From NCBI GenBank assembly GCA_021513715.1, contig CP084167.1, forward strand, positions 96,001-160,000: a stretch of 64,000 nucleotides of DNA, in the 5' to 3' direction. The position numbers and the translations under genes are program-made. This DNA comes from Candidatus Heimdallarchaeum endolithica. GTDB lineage: Archaea > Asgardarchaeota > Heimdallarchaeia > Heimdallarchaeales > Heimdallarchaeaceae. A model generated the notes under the pieces. It was given only the letters and a program-made list of their open reading frames with translations, made no database searches and was not told the origin of the DNA. Position 1 is the first letter of the stretch. Each line of letters starts with the position of its first letter. This document shows, one piece after another, positions 21,901-29,977 of the stretch.

Positions 21901-22353
21901 TTCAACAAAACTTGTTCCTATTCCTAGGTCTTCTTCTATACAGTTCAGATCATACCAATAAATTGTTCCTTTATCCACTGGATAAAGTGTTCCTAAATCG
22001 AACTTTGTTGAGGAGGTTACACTAATATTTTCTCCTTTATTTATAAATTCAGGTACAGAAGAAATCTGGGAAAAGGTATTATACAATCCATAACTAAATT
22101 TAGGATAAGGATTAGTCTTATCTTCATTTAATGAAATAATAGCTGTATTTTCTTTTTTTCTAAAATTTTTTCCTTCATTTGTTCCAACAACTAATTTTTT
22201 TGTATCAATTCCATCTTTTCTATTAAAGTCAACAGAATAATTTGAATTAAAATCTAATCTGTCTATTATATTTTCAGCTAAAATCTGATTGACTGTTAAT
22301 GGTAGAATTAATAATAAAATAAACATAAATTTTAACTTTATTTTCATTTTCAT
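15988..22353 (-). CDS. Giant surface protein/adhesin with tandem Ig-like domains
   Basis: Signal peptide, many ~90-aa repeats (T[DN]xxG.A ... F.GN..Y) and a C-terminal TM with basic tail. Confidence 0.85.
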   Translation of the reverse strand: MKMKIKLKFMFILLLILPLTVNQILAENIIDRLDFNSNYSVDFNRKDGIDTKKLVVGTNEGKNFRKKENTAIISLNEDKTNPYPKFSYGLYNTFSQISSVPEFINKGENISVTSSTKFDLGTLYPVDKGTIYWYDLNCIEEDLGIGTSFVESSKLAVSFTLDSPANYMAVYFDISNLADLSGDIINVYLTSDLNNYSTDYMAKSELSFRYYNSQSGFSGFYAFYDNPTTTKIDNSLLVGTTYFIVLEGDNSLRIETSLDSEEYDDNQVYVFSGGSWGLEQGIDAKIRLFSGLKLTEKTISSSSNGETTITYQSSQSNFKYHTLAAFYYDDSGMYDLSCDSSDFRIIDENIPEYLSLESPTNAEYSDYIELKAYVKNYYNQELENQTIYFYYSEDNSSWIEIGSSISDSTGIAKINFLISKASGYYYFKAVTQELEAFNYTETEKEQVIIETPLVQTIYGNQSDSDKLETFSLKIQVHDNDNTPISGVMVFFYVEGKIFVYDITDENGYAKTHSYSVNWDVGYYNNKYWINIDLDSDLYLYPDTQYGDIEVLKSSLQIYSTDNNTVNNWINDTYFSFEVKDPENDSVTNIEFESLLYDPFFDEYISLGYAFTNDTGYGQVTIPAYFKEPGKYTLIIRISDSNYYFIEENLQFELYASSSILDCNLPSSIEYVYNSSLILEGNVSDTNGNPIVNANITVLITDPSVSDNWIIYLYTTETNSQGHFSLNLTLDVEVDQELVITIHVENYYGSNNEISYYETYSQESNLLCIRRDAEILHVQDLTTQNQETITISGLLIDSGVYLAEKEIKITILEENYFVFTNAEGWFYFDYQVNFGTNVTFTVAFESDNHYNNINLTRTIISSPISLNVEIEDFTCNANSLIYLSSYVYSDLGTNPANVRVEFYLYDEQWILLGIGFTNETGIATLNITSPDKVGEFNWKVIVAQTDDWIESSSNVKLFQIGYHTSVSMEAPTQEQYGHEIRINFTVVDQFGQPIEVELNFYIDGLLLSQISTDANGFGSFYWTIDLNSGNYYFKAVVLNQTNYISSSCTQEFEIIKADLYIQSSDLVMTCNETRTMEFYVYSINGGVPNLQLNISLSNGYSSFLFTNSSGYAIWTIPILPSEVYTVNVTFNEDSRYKGVSVSYSLVVNKIETNVILLADDSFYSETYEISGYIENSKGQGIESITVNLFINETFTLSTTTLSDGAYSFVILLLPNYYNIEVQIEGNNYINPSSRSTSVYIYKLSSTLTGNIEFINDTMVITANLSSSSEPVEGQIIYFYVNNSLVGTNFTNEYGQARIEILNVTPSLYSVNIGYKGNEIYQESSLNIQAEKDKEQTEIKVYVEEGVYSQSSTNIFVSLTSNGESLSNQYIKLNFDNNSYLALTNFTGVAVIVIDINYLPGNYIGEIIYEGNEIYSTNAVSVNINIYKSNCVFSSLNIEYDDTLAFLKGKIEGTYPLEDEIIYIKINGSGYDILQTDENGAFSTILTLDPGEYLLSAIFNGNEYFLPANQSIYFSISKITSELEISNFSTTIEYGKGELIEFKLYSYNNDSGIEGQVSITLNGSLITIAETNIEGVGSFVIPDDLEVGNYILQVSYAGDNLYYSTFESIEIKVKYKPEILITDSDLMNYGIGASICGTLTLPLEGISIELRIDNLNYSDKVLTNDKGEFVFDIPSDFPSGNMTIEFLIENTETILETIYSFESSRGYGEYSIIVSNLEFNTNSTENIIGKISFKGDYNSSGKVYIKINNTIFSILEFGELGEFDISHSVFDFLPGEYEIAFYFEFDNENFKSQEIVKTIKILKLELNLEITTSNSEIYVFETFTLNISTDYPIEKDRIKLFVNNTEYLSDDFEIVEEDNYFSISFVMESTGNLNITVIVEENDFFYSSEQSLFIQVLKRNITFQYNQDTFYYNSSIPLIVEIIPFKNETDLEFSVLVGEKNQTGVKIINFMLTNFYVGEYQVNVQFEGNEYYNTFNASFTILIIPQPTKIVYKENKTEYLLTLLLLDSENRSISNAETTIFFLDVMHHILENRTLLTDDKGYLHLDVSTFPEGTTMIRVAFDGDVIYEDTMIDIEVEDIVRTYTENVKIPKMNMIHMLISIPVSVIGLIIYSKKDIFKYLRKN

Positions 22354-23090
22354 ACCTCCAATAACAATATTTCGTCCCCTTCATTTCGACTTTGATTTCT
22401 TTTAATAGGTTGTAAGTTGCTAACTTTGTAGTTAGAATCTTGCCTTCTTTTTACTAAATATAATACAAAAATCATAAAGAAAAGAAAGTTAATTGAAGGA
22501 ATAAGCCATCCCCAAATTCCTACAGCAAAAACAAAGAAAAGTAGGCTAACCATTAGAAGAGCAATAAATTCTGAATATGCTACTGTTAAAGTATAGAATG
22601 GCAACATTAGATCTTGCACGTCAGGAATAGAGAAGAAGGCAAAACATAATAACAAATAAATTTTCAAGAAAGTACCCATTAAAGGCATACCAAACTTCAA
22701 AAATATTCCTGAAATATCATTGCTAAATTTCAATATTGCTACAACTAATCCCATGTTTAGGAAAGGACTTAAACCAATAAAAGCTGCATGAGAAACATGA
22801 GTCAAATCTCCTTTTATGCTTTGACTTGCATAATCTCTATCAAAAGCCATATGAAAATTAACTTTAACATCATAACCACAAGCCCTTACTGCAATTGTTT
22901 GTATAACTTGATGCATAAATGAACCTGGAAAGAATAAAATGTTCAATAGCATTTGTAACTTACTAGGAATGAAAGCATCCAGAAGAAAGCGTAGAAACAA
23001 GAGAAGTAAAATGACAAAGAAACTTAACGAAGCAGTTCCTGTGAATATAGCAACTATTGTTTCCCAAATATAAGAAAAAAAATTACTCAA
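22350..23090 (-). CDS. M50/DUF3267 zincin-like membrane protein, catalytically degenerate
   Basis: FFPGSFMHQVIQ where PG..HExxH is expected, plus IGLSPF and SIPDVQD. Confidence 0.6.
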   Translation of the reverse strand: MSNFFSYIWETIVAIFTGTASLSFFVILLLLFLRFLLDAFIPSKLQMLLNILFFPGSFMHQVIQTIAVRACGYDVKVNFHMAFDRDYASQSIKGDLTHVSHAAFIGLSPFLNMGLVVAILKFSNDISGIFLKFGMPLMGTFLKIYLLLCFAFFSIPDVQDLMLPFYTLTVAYSEFIALLMVSLLFFVFAVGIWGWLIPSINFLFFMIFVLYLVKRRQDSNYKVSNLQPIKRNQSRNEGDEILLLEV

Positions 23091-24405
23091 ACTCCCCCAC
23101 CTTAATCATTTTTTTCTTTCTATTAGAATATTCTTTTAATTCTATCCTTTTTTTTAGACGATTTAATATTTGTTCATCTGTTTTCATGAATTGTTTAAGA
23201 AAGTCTTGTAATCTCTTTTTCTCATATTCAGCGATGTCCAATTTGGGAATTAGACTTTGAAATAGAAGAACAGGCAAATTATATTTATTTACATCCAAAT
23301 TTTCATGAATGTTTTTGTCAATTAGTCTGTAGGCTTGCTGTTCAACTAATAATAGATCCTTCTCTAATCTTGGAAATTTATCCATTATTTTATCGCTAAA
23401 CAAATAAATAGCTTTCTTTATTTCAAAATAGGAAGTAGCTTTTTTTTCTCTTTCTTCTTTTTTTTCTATAGCTTTAGGAACATAAGATTTCAAAATTAGT
23501 TTGTTTAGTTCAACACCTTTTAACCTGCTTCTAAACCTATAGACAGATTTTATCATTTTTTCTTTTTCAAAAGTATATTCCTTACTTAAAATTAACCAGA
23601 AGTCATGTCTATATTTTAGTTCAAAAAGATTAGTTGCAACACTCATTATCATTATTACTGCTGCATCTTTGTAATTGGTTCCTGGTACTTTTCGCATATT
23701 AATTAAATCAAAGACTATTTGCTCTAAATCATCAAACTTTTTGCCTAATTCTGGAAAATTTTTAACAAGAATACCTAAAATATCCTTGATTCTCGCTCGT
23801 AATGGCTCATAAAAATCTGTTCTCCTTTTTCTTTTTAATATTCCTCTTGAATAAAGGTCATTTTGTATCTTTTTAATATTATAAAAAGAAAAGGCATTCG
23901 GAGTAATTTTAGGTAATGAATAAATTATTTCAATGTCTTTTGCTGTTAATTTTCCTCCTACTTGTTGCAATCTATGATCTAATAAAGCAAAGAAATACAT
24001 TGCAACTAAATTACTAGTAAAATAGTTCTCTTTGAAAGAAGCTAGAAAGTTTGGAAGGTTAAGCTTAAACAAATAAACAGCATCTTCAATTATCGAAGAG
24101 TTAAAATTCTCATCGATCGATGCTACTATTAAATCAACAAAATCTAAAATATATTTTTCTCTCAACAATTCCTTATTGGTATAATAAGCCTTTATCCATG
24201 ATTTTTTCCTCAAACCTTTTGACAATATTTTTTGGGCATCATACGAACTAATGTATGATCCTAAAGGTTCACTCAACAAAACTGAAGAAGGACAATGTTC
24301 TTGTGAGTGGAAATAGTGGCTCACCGTTTCAAAATCTTCTTCTTTTTTAGTGAGCCACTCGGGTTGGATTACTTTGCCAAAGGCTTCACTTACACTTATA
24401 CTCAT
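23083..24405 (-). CDS. Helical basic protein, possible divergent TFB/cyclin-fold regulator; paralogue of 30127-30864
   Basis: Shared blocks AFS..IKKIQNDL..RGI, RKVP and KSVYRFRSRL. Helix pattern AMYFFALL..R...LTAKDI recalls the TFB cyclin repeats. Fold is inferred. Confidence 0.45.
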   Translation of the reverse strand: MSISVSEAFGKVIQPEWLTKKEEDFETVSHYFHSQEHCPSSVLLSEPLGSYISSYDAQKILSKGLRKKSWIKAYYTNKELLREKYILDFVDLIVASIDENFNSSIIEDAVYLFKLNLPNFLASFKENYFTSNLVAMYFFALLDHRLQQVGGKLTAKDIEIIYSLPKITPNAFSFYNIKKIQNDLYSRGILKRKRRTDFYEPLRARIKDILGILVKNFPELGKKFDDLEQIVFDLINMRKVPGTNYKDAAVIMIMSVATNLFELKYRHDFWLILSKEYTFEKEKMIKSVYRFRSRLKGVELNKLILKSYVPKAIEKKEEREKKATSYFEIKKAIYLFSDKIMDKFPRLEKDLLLVEQQAYRLIDKNIHENLDVNKYNLPVLLFQSLIPKLDIAEYEKKRLQDFLKQFMKTDEQILNRLKKRIELKEYSNRKKKMIKVGEFE

Positions 24406-24846
24406 TTACATTTCACCCATATCTGCAAGTAAACTAAAGAGTAATTTGTATTAAAAATAACTATACACATTGCAGTAATATTGCAATTAACATTTTTGAC
24501 GTAAAGTAATAGAATATAGCAGTTTTAAAGTAAAATACTCACAATTCTGTGAAATATATTACATCATGGTGTTACTGTTATTTATATATAGACTAAGGAT
24601 TGACGAGATAAGGCAGTCTAAGTTTAAAATTTGAAAATGTTTTTTAAATATCACATTTTTGGGGGCTAAATGTGGCATATTTTCAAGTTTAAGTTTTTTT
24701 TAAGAAAAAAACTTGTCTGGATTTTTCTGTTGGGATTATTAACAGACAATTTAAGCAGAAAATTTTCTTGCATTTTTTCGTTATAGCAAAATATGAGAAA
24801 AAATTTTTTCTATTTTTGCAATCAATCTATAGAAAAACAAATTTGC

Positions 24847-26001
24847 TTAACTGTATTCAAATACAGGTTCTGGTAAATATGGAAAACTGTCCTTTATCAT
24901 CTCTTTTATTTCTGGAAAAATATCGTCTTCCAAATGCTTTTCTTCTAACTCTTTAGGGTATTTCTTACTAATCGAGTTAGCAACTCTTTTCATGCTTTGA
25001 ATAAGAAAGAAAGATATTTTATCACTCATAACAACAACTGAGCAAAGATCATTTGAAATTATCTTAATTATCTTATCTTCAGTGTTTATCTCATTTAGTT
25101 TTTTCTTTGACCCTGCAGTTGTGATTATAAACTCACTTAAAGCATTGATTGCTCCTCCTATGAGTTCGAAATGATAGAACTGTTTTTCTGTAATTTCTTT
25201 TTCTTCTTCTTCATTAGATTTGGTATATTTTGCTCCGTAAATTGGGAGACCTATTCTATTGTAGATTATCAAGCTATCAATCTTAAATGGATGCTTAAAA
25301 ATGTAGTTTGGTCGAAATACATATACACCTAAAAAAACAAGTATCCCTAAAGCTTTTATCATATCTCCAGAGAGCATGCTTTTTTTTGAAATAGTTAAAA
25401 ATTGACTATCTTTTATGATTTCAATATCTTTTAGAAAAATCAATAAATCTTCTGTAAAACCCCAAACAAAACCTAAACCTATTACAATTAAGGCAGATGT
25501 TATTATTCCTGCTTCTATATCATTTGTTTTTTTTAATATATGTAAGTGAACTACTGCTCCATATATAAAAATCACAAAACCAAGAGAATCATATCCTAAA
25601 TCCCATAGAAAGATGAAAACCTCTTTTATTATTCCATTATACTCATAGAACTGTAAAATCCCAAACTCTACTTCAATAAAATAGAAAAAAAAGATAAACA
25701 GTGTTAAAATGGGGTTTATAGTATTTGAAACCAACTGTTGGAAAAATAGAAACAATAAGATATATATTAACGACCAGATTATAAGAGCTATTGTAATTAA
25801 AACTAAAGACAAATCTGTTCCTGTAACTACACTTCTAATTATCTCAGAAAGAGTTAAGAGAAAGCTTAAATAAACTGCTAAACTAAAGAACCAGGTTTTT
25901 CTCTTTTTAAATATTGTTTGATAAGTAAGAATAAGACTAAAGATGAATAACAAAATTAACAATATCAAACTGCTTAAACTTGCCTCAGTCACAATTCTCA
26001 A
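24847..26001 (-). CDS. ~7-TM membrane protein fused to a C-terminal longin/roadblock-like domain
   Basis: Hydrophobic N-terminal two-thirds, then LIIYNRIGLPIY...LIGGAINALSEF...LNEINTEDKIIKI. Confidence 0.65.
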   Translation of the reverse strand: MRIVTEASLSSLILLILLFIFSLILTYQTIFKKRKTWFFSLAVYLSFLLTLSEIIRSVVTGTDLSLVLITIALIIWSLIYILLFLFFQQLVSNTINPILTLFIFFFYFIEVEFGILQFYEYNGIIKEVFIFLWDLGYDSLGFVIFIYGAVVHLHILKKTNDIEAGIITSALIVIGLGFVWGFTEDLLIFLKDIEIIKDSQFLTISKKSMLSGDMIKALGILVFLGVYVFRPNYIFKHPFKIDSLIIYNRIGLPIYGAKYTKSNEEEEKEITEKQFYHFELIGGAINALSEFIITTAGSKKKLNEINTEDKIIKIISNDLCSVVVMSDKISFFLIQSMKRVANSISKKYPKELEEKHLEDDIFPEIKEMIKDSFPYLPEPVFEYS

Positions 26002-26081
26002 TTTATTCTTTTCTTGAAATATTTAAAGTTTATTAGGCTATCGAGCCTAAAACACTTTAGATGAAGTTAGTTTATCTTTCC

Positions 26082-27170
26082 TTACTTTTCTTCACTTATT
26101 TCTTCTTTCATCTCACTCTCTTCTTCAACATCACATATTCCAAAAGCACCAATAGAGAAGATTGTTTCTTCCATGGGTAACCACCCACAATCTGTAATCA
26201 TTGCTCTTCGTGCATTTGGAGCATCATATTTCTTCTTTGTTGCTGAAGTAGCTCTTCTTAACCAGATCCTTATATCACTAGCGTGACCTAAAACAAAACC
26301 TCCTACAGGTTGAACCTTGTCCAAAGCTGTAGCAAAAGGATCTGGATTTGCCATTACTTGATTTGTATATACTACTGCAATGTTATATGCATCAGCTAGT
26401 TTCATCATCTTGTGAACTACTACATTGAGGTGCTTTTGCCTTTCAGCTAGTTCACCTAGTCCTCCGTACTCTGCTCTAAAAATATCCATTAAACTGTCTA
26501 CTACTAACAATTTCACATCATAAGCAGTAATCACTTTTTCTGCTTGTTGTAGAGCTAATTCTAGTTGTGCTAGAGTTCTTACAGTAGCTACATTAAATTG
26601 ACTATTTATTTTCTCTTTCTGCTTTTCATCAATTTTATCCTTCTTTTTTTCTTCAAGATAAAATAATATTTGTTCTAACCTTGAAGATCTAAAACTACCT
26701 TCTGTGTCTAACCATAAAACTCCTCCTATTTCCAATAAGGTATTTGCTGCAATTGTGTAACACAATTGTGTTTTTCCACTCTGAGGAGAACCGTAAAATT
26801 CTACAAGTGTCCCTAAACTTATTCCTCCACCCAACAATTCATCCAATCTCTTTGACCCTGTACTAATCATAATATTAGAATCTTCTTCTTTCTTTACTTC
26901 AGCTAACGATTTGAATAGTAATTCCCCCTTTTTTGACGGATTAGCGTGTTCTACTATCTTTTCAGCTACATTTTCGCTTATTCCATCTATTCTTGTAAGT
27001 TCTTTTACTGTTCGATTTTTAAATGCTAAAGGATGAGTAATCCCAAAATCAACAAGTGTTTTGTAAACTCTTTTCTTTTGAGCTGCAGAAAGACCAGAAA
27101 CTTCCTCTAAAAACTCCATTAATTGATTAGTATTTGTTTCCATTTTTGCTTTCTCTTCAACTGTTGTCAT
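26082..27170 (-). CDS. radA: RadA/Rad51-family recombinase (divergent)
   Basis: N-terminal HhH (IDGISENVAEKI), STGSKRLDELLGGG, GSPQSGKTQ, VVDSLMDIFRAEY, ELAERQ, TNQVMANPD, GGFVLGHAS. Confidence 0.9.
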   Translation of the reverse strand: MTTVEEKAKMETNTNQLMEFLEEVSGLSAAQKKRVYKTLVDFGITHPLAFKNRTVKELTRIDGISENVAEKIVEHANPSKKGELLFKSLAEVKKEEDSNIMISTGSKRLDELLGGGISLGTLVEFYGSPQSGKTQLCYTIAANTLLEIGGVLWLDTEGSFRSSRLEQILFYLEEKKKDKIDEKQKEKINSQFNVATVRTLAQLELALQQAEKVITAYDVKLLVVDSLMDIFRAEYGGLGELAERQKHLNVVVHKMMKLADAYNIAVVYTNQVMANPDPFATALDKVQPVGGFVLGHASDIRIWLRRATSATKKKYDAPNARRAMITDCGWLPMEETIFSIGAFGICDVEEESEMKEEISEEK

Positions 27171-27200
27171 ATCAATCTAAAAAAGTAATTAACTCATTTA

Positions 27201-27216
27201 TTTAAAAAGGGGGAAA
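27201..27216 (-). promoter_or_regulatory. Cluster promoter motif TTTCCC-CC-TTTTTAAA (radA)
   Basis: About 31 bp upstream of the radA ATG, in a divergent intergenic region. Confidence 0.6.
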
Positions 27217-27228
27217 TTTTTGTCAAAT

Positions 27229-27245
27229 ATTCCTAAGTTTATAAA
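27229..27245 (+). promoter_or_regulatory. Cluster promoter motif variant ATTCCT-AAG-TTTATAAA
   Basis: 25 bp upstream of ATG 27270. Confidence 0.5.
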
Positions 27246-27269
27246 CAAAATTCTTGATTAGTCTTTCAG

Positions 27270-27521
27270 ATGGTAACAGCAGAAAAAAAAGTAGTTTATT
27301 CTCTTGAAAACCAACCAAAAGGATACGTACTAAGAGCACTAAAACTACTTGAAGAAACAGATGAATATAAGAGATTAATGGGATACTGTTTAGTCTACAA
27401 TAGATTTAATTGGTTACCTAAAGACTTGCGATACCATATTATACAAAAGTGGAACAATGAAAATAAAGAAAGTAAAACATTTACCAATCTAAAGAAATAT
27501 CTAAACAAAAAATTCCAATAA
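27270..27521 (+). CDS. Small basic hypothetical protein divergent from radA
   Basis: 83-aa ORF with a TATA box at canonical spacing. Confidence 0.65.
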   Translation: MVTAEKKVVYSLENQPKGYVLRALKLLEETDEYKRLMGYCLVYNRFNWLPKDLRYHIIQKWNNENKESKTFTNLKKYLNKKFQ

Positions 27522-27528
27522 AGAAAAG

Positions 27529-29331
27529 TCAATTTTTTGAAATAAGCTTTGATCTATTCTTTATCTTAGTTAAAATTTCAATAGCACGATTTTTAGAGAA
27601 AGAAGGCATCAAATCATTAACAGATAAATTCTCAAAATCGTTTATATGTGGAAAGTCTAATATTTTAGCTATTAATGATGCTTCTTCTTCAGAGCACCCT
27701 GTAAGAAAGCGAATAAAAGAGAGATCAAGCATTCTTCTTTTAGAATCATCTTTTAATTCACTTTTTTCTTCTTCTCCTTTTTTTTTCTTGGTATTATTAA
27801 ATAAACTATTTATTGACATAAGAGCTTTGGTTCTTGGATTAATCATCTGCATCATTTTCTTATTAAAAAATTGTTGCTGGTTAAACAATATAGCTTCTTT
27901 TACTTGCTTATCAGAGATTATTTCTCCGATCAATTGACTGCTTTTATCATCATTCCATTTATAGAAAATTTTTTCTTCAATTGACCTGTGAGTAATAATA
28001 CACTTACTATTTGGCCTTTGAATTAACTCGCTAAACAGAGTCTTTTGTTTTGGGAGAGAATAAAGGAAAGTGTAATCAGTAGTTAGAGGAATATTTTTTG
28101 ATGCTAAAACAATTTGAAACTCCTTCTTATCGAATCTTTCTAACTCTTCTAACTGCTTTTTCATCTGTGTTGGTAAAATAGTAAAACTCCCTATTTCTTT
28201 CTTTGATAAAACTTCAGCTAATTCTTGTAAAATAGCTCTACGACTCGAATATACTAGTATCGTAGGCTTTCCCTTTTTAGTATATACAGGATTGTTTAAT
28301 GTTTTTAAGATTTCTTCAAGCAGAACTCCTATCTTTGGATGTTTTTCTCCTTTCAATTCTTTTAGTTCTGTATATATTTCAAACAGTGAAGAAGAGAAAG
28401 AATAATAAGATATCCTTTCTAAATTTTTTTCAATTAAATCTAAACATAAAAGAACACTTGAGGATTCTAATGTCTCAATTAAAGATTGTAAAAAAATACT
28501 TTCTTTTCCAAGGTTAATAATTTGCTTAATAGTTGATTCACTAACATTTTTTTTTCTTAAAGTTTCGATTTCCTTGTTAAAACTTTTCCTCAAATAGTAA
28601 GGATTCTCTAAACCCATCTTCCTTAAAAGCAAATTCACTTTTTTTTCTAAAGTTCTTAGGTTTACTTTTATTTGATTTAATTCTTGAGTAAAAGGAACAA
28701 CTATTTTTCTTTTAGATTTTTTATCTAAACAGTCTTGAATAATGGAACTGTAGGATTGTTTATAGAATATATTCGTTATCATTAGAGCTTCAATTACAGA
28801 AATTAGTTCTTGTTTTTTTCTGTAATTTGGTTTAGATATACCAATGAACTTGATTTTGGAATTTGAACTTAAAATCTTTGCTAATTTAGAATAAACAATT
28901 TCTTCTTTAGATTTTTCTGCTTGTAAAAAAACAGCTATTTCAATCTCTCCTGATTCTACTAATTCTCTTAAAAGGTCATTTCTCAATATTTGAGCAGTTA
29001 CAAAGAAATAATCACTATTTAGATAAAGCTTTCTTCTTTTTTCTAAATTTAGTGTGCTAGTAATAAAAGAGAGTTTCTCTTTTTCTATTAAAGTGTTAAG
29101 CTTAATTTTTTCACCTTGCTCAGATAAAATGAATGCAACCTTTTTAATTCCCTTTGATCTTAAAAATAATAACAAGTAAGAAATAAATCTATCTAACTTA
29201 AAGTTTTCAGGAAGAATTAAGAGGGAATTGTTATTTTCTTTAAAACTTTCAGATAGTAATATTTGGAAGAAAATAGGGTATTCTTCTTCCTTCTTGTTTT
29301 CATCTTCAATAATATACTTTGTATCTTTCAT
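27529..29331 (-). CDS. Hef/FANCM-like SF2 helicase, apparently inactive, with C-terminal HhH-like region
   Basis: RRKLYLNSDYFFVTAQILRNDL and HPKI..L.E Hef hallmarks. Walker A is lost, DEAH is replaced by LQAEK, and no ERCC4 nuclease motif is visible. Confidence 0.7.
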   Translation of the reverse strand: MKDTKYIIEDENKKEEEYPIFFQILLSESFKENNNSLLILPENFKLDRFISYLLLFLRSKGIKKVAFILSEQGEKIKLNTLIEKEKLSFITSTLNLEKRRKLYLNSDYFFVTAQILRNDLLRELVESGEIEIAVFLQAEKSKEEIVYSKLAKILSSNSKIKFIGISKPNYRKKQELISVIEALMITNIFYKQSYSSIIQDCLDKKSKRKIVVPFTQELNQIKVNLRTLEKKVNLLLRKMGLENPYYLRKSFNKEIETLRKKNVSESTIKQIINLGKESIFLQSLIETLESSSVLLCLDLIEKNLERISYYSFSSSLFEIYTELKELKGEKHPKIGVLLEEILKTLNNPVYTKKGKPTILVYSSRRAILQELAEVLSKKEIGSFTILPTQMKKQLEELERFDKKEFQIVLASKNIPLTTDYTFLYSLPKQKTLFSELIQRPNSKCIITHRSIEEKIFYKWNDDKSSQLIGEIISDKQVKEAILFNQQQFFNKKMMQMINPRTKALMSINSLFNNTKKKKGEEEKSELKDDSKRRMLDLSFIRFLTGCSEEEASLIAKILDFPHINDFENLSVNDLMPSFSKNRAIEILTKIKNRSKLISKN

Positions 29332-29358
29332 TTATCAAATTAGTAATAAAATAATCTG

Positions 29359-29374
29359 TTTATAAACAGAGAAA
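29359..29374 (-). promoter_or_regulatory. Cluster promoter motif TTTCTC-TG-TTTATAAA
   Basis: 28 bp upstream of ATG 29331. Confidence 0.65.
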
Positions 29375-29391
29375 AAAGAAAGTAAGTTATC

Positions 29392-29769
29392 TTACTCAAA
29401 CAACTGTATTTTTGCTTTTAATCCTGTTAATTCACGAAGAAATAATATATCATTACTAAATTTGTCTATATCCAAGTTATACTTGTTGATAATAAAATCA
29501 AGTAGTTTTTCTGCTTTTTCTTCTTTTAATTCATGTATCAAGATAGAGGATACAAATAATAAAGCAGAATAGAAAGTAGGCATTAAATTCAAAGATGTTG
29601 TTTGAGAGATACTCATTACTTTACAAAATAGATTATCAAGATCTTCCTTTGAAACAGAATTCTCTTTATTAATAAAACCACTTAGTTCCCCAAATATTTC
29701 AAAAAAATTGTTATTATGTACTTGTTCTAAATTTGTATTTATTAGTTGGTTTTGACTAGACACTATCAT
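29392..29769 (-). CDS. Hypothetical helical protein (start revised from 29793 to 29769)
   Basis: The ORF-track ATG overlaps the TATA box. The in-frame ATG at 29769 lies 24 bp downstream of it. Confidence 0.6.
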   Translation of the reverse strand: MIVSSQNQLINTNLEQVHNNNFFEIFGELSGFINKENSVSKEDLDNLFCKVMSISQTTSLNLMPTFYSALLFVSSILIHELKEEKAEKLLDFIINKYNLDIDKFSNDILFLRELTGLKAKIQLFE

Positions 29770-29792
29770 CAATATAATATTATAGAAATTCA

Positions 29793-29809
29793 TTTATAAA
29801 GAAGAGAAA
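29793..29809 (-). promoter_or_regulatory. Cluster promoter motif TTTCTC-TTC-TTTATAAA
   Basis: 24 bp upstream of ATG 29769. No upstream stop codon within 300 bp. Confidence 0.65.
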
Positions 29810-29977
29810 CAGTAAAAAATAGAGATTTGCCGACATAAAAGAAGGGATATATAATTAACAAGTGATATATAAACTAGAATGTTTACATTGATAGATTAAT
29901 TAGATTTTTTTTTAAATATTTTAAAGGTCGTGAGATAAACAAAAAATATTTTAATATGAAAAAAAATCTACTAGTAT

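Noticed and set aside
24406-24846. Replication origin
   Set aside because: No adjacent orc1/cdc6 and no repeated ORB-like boxes.
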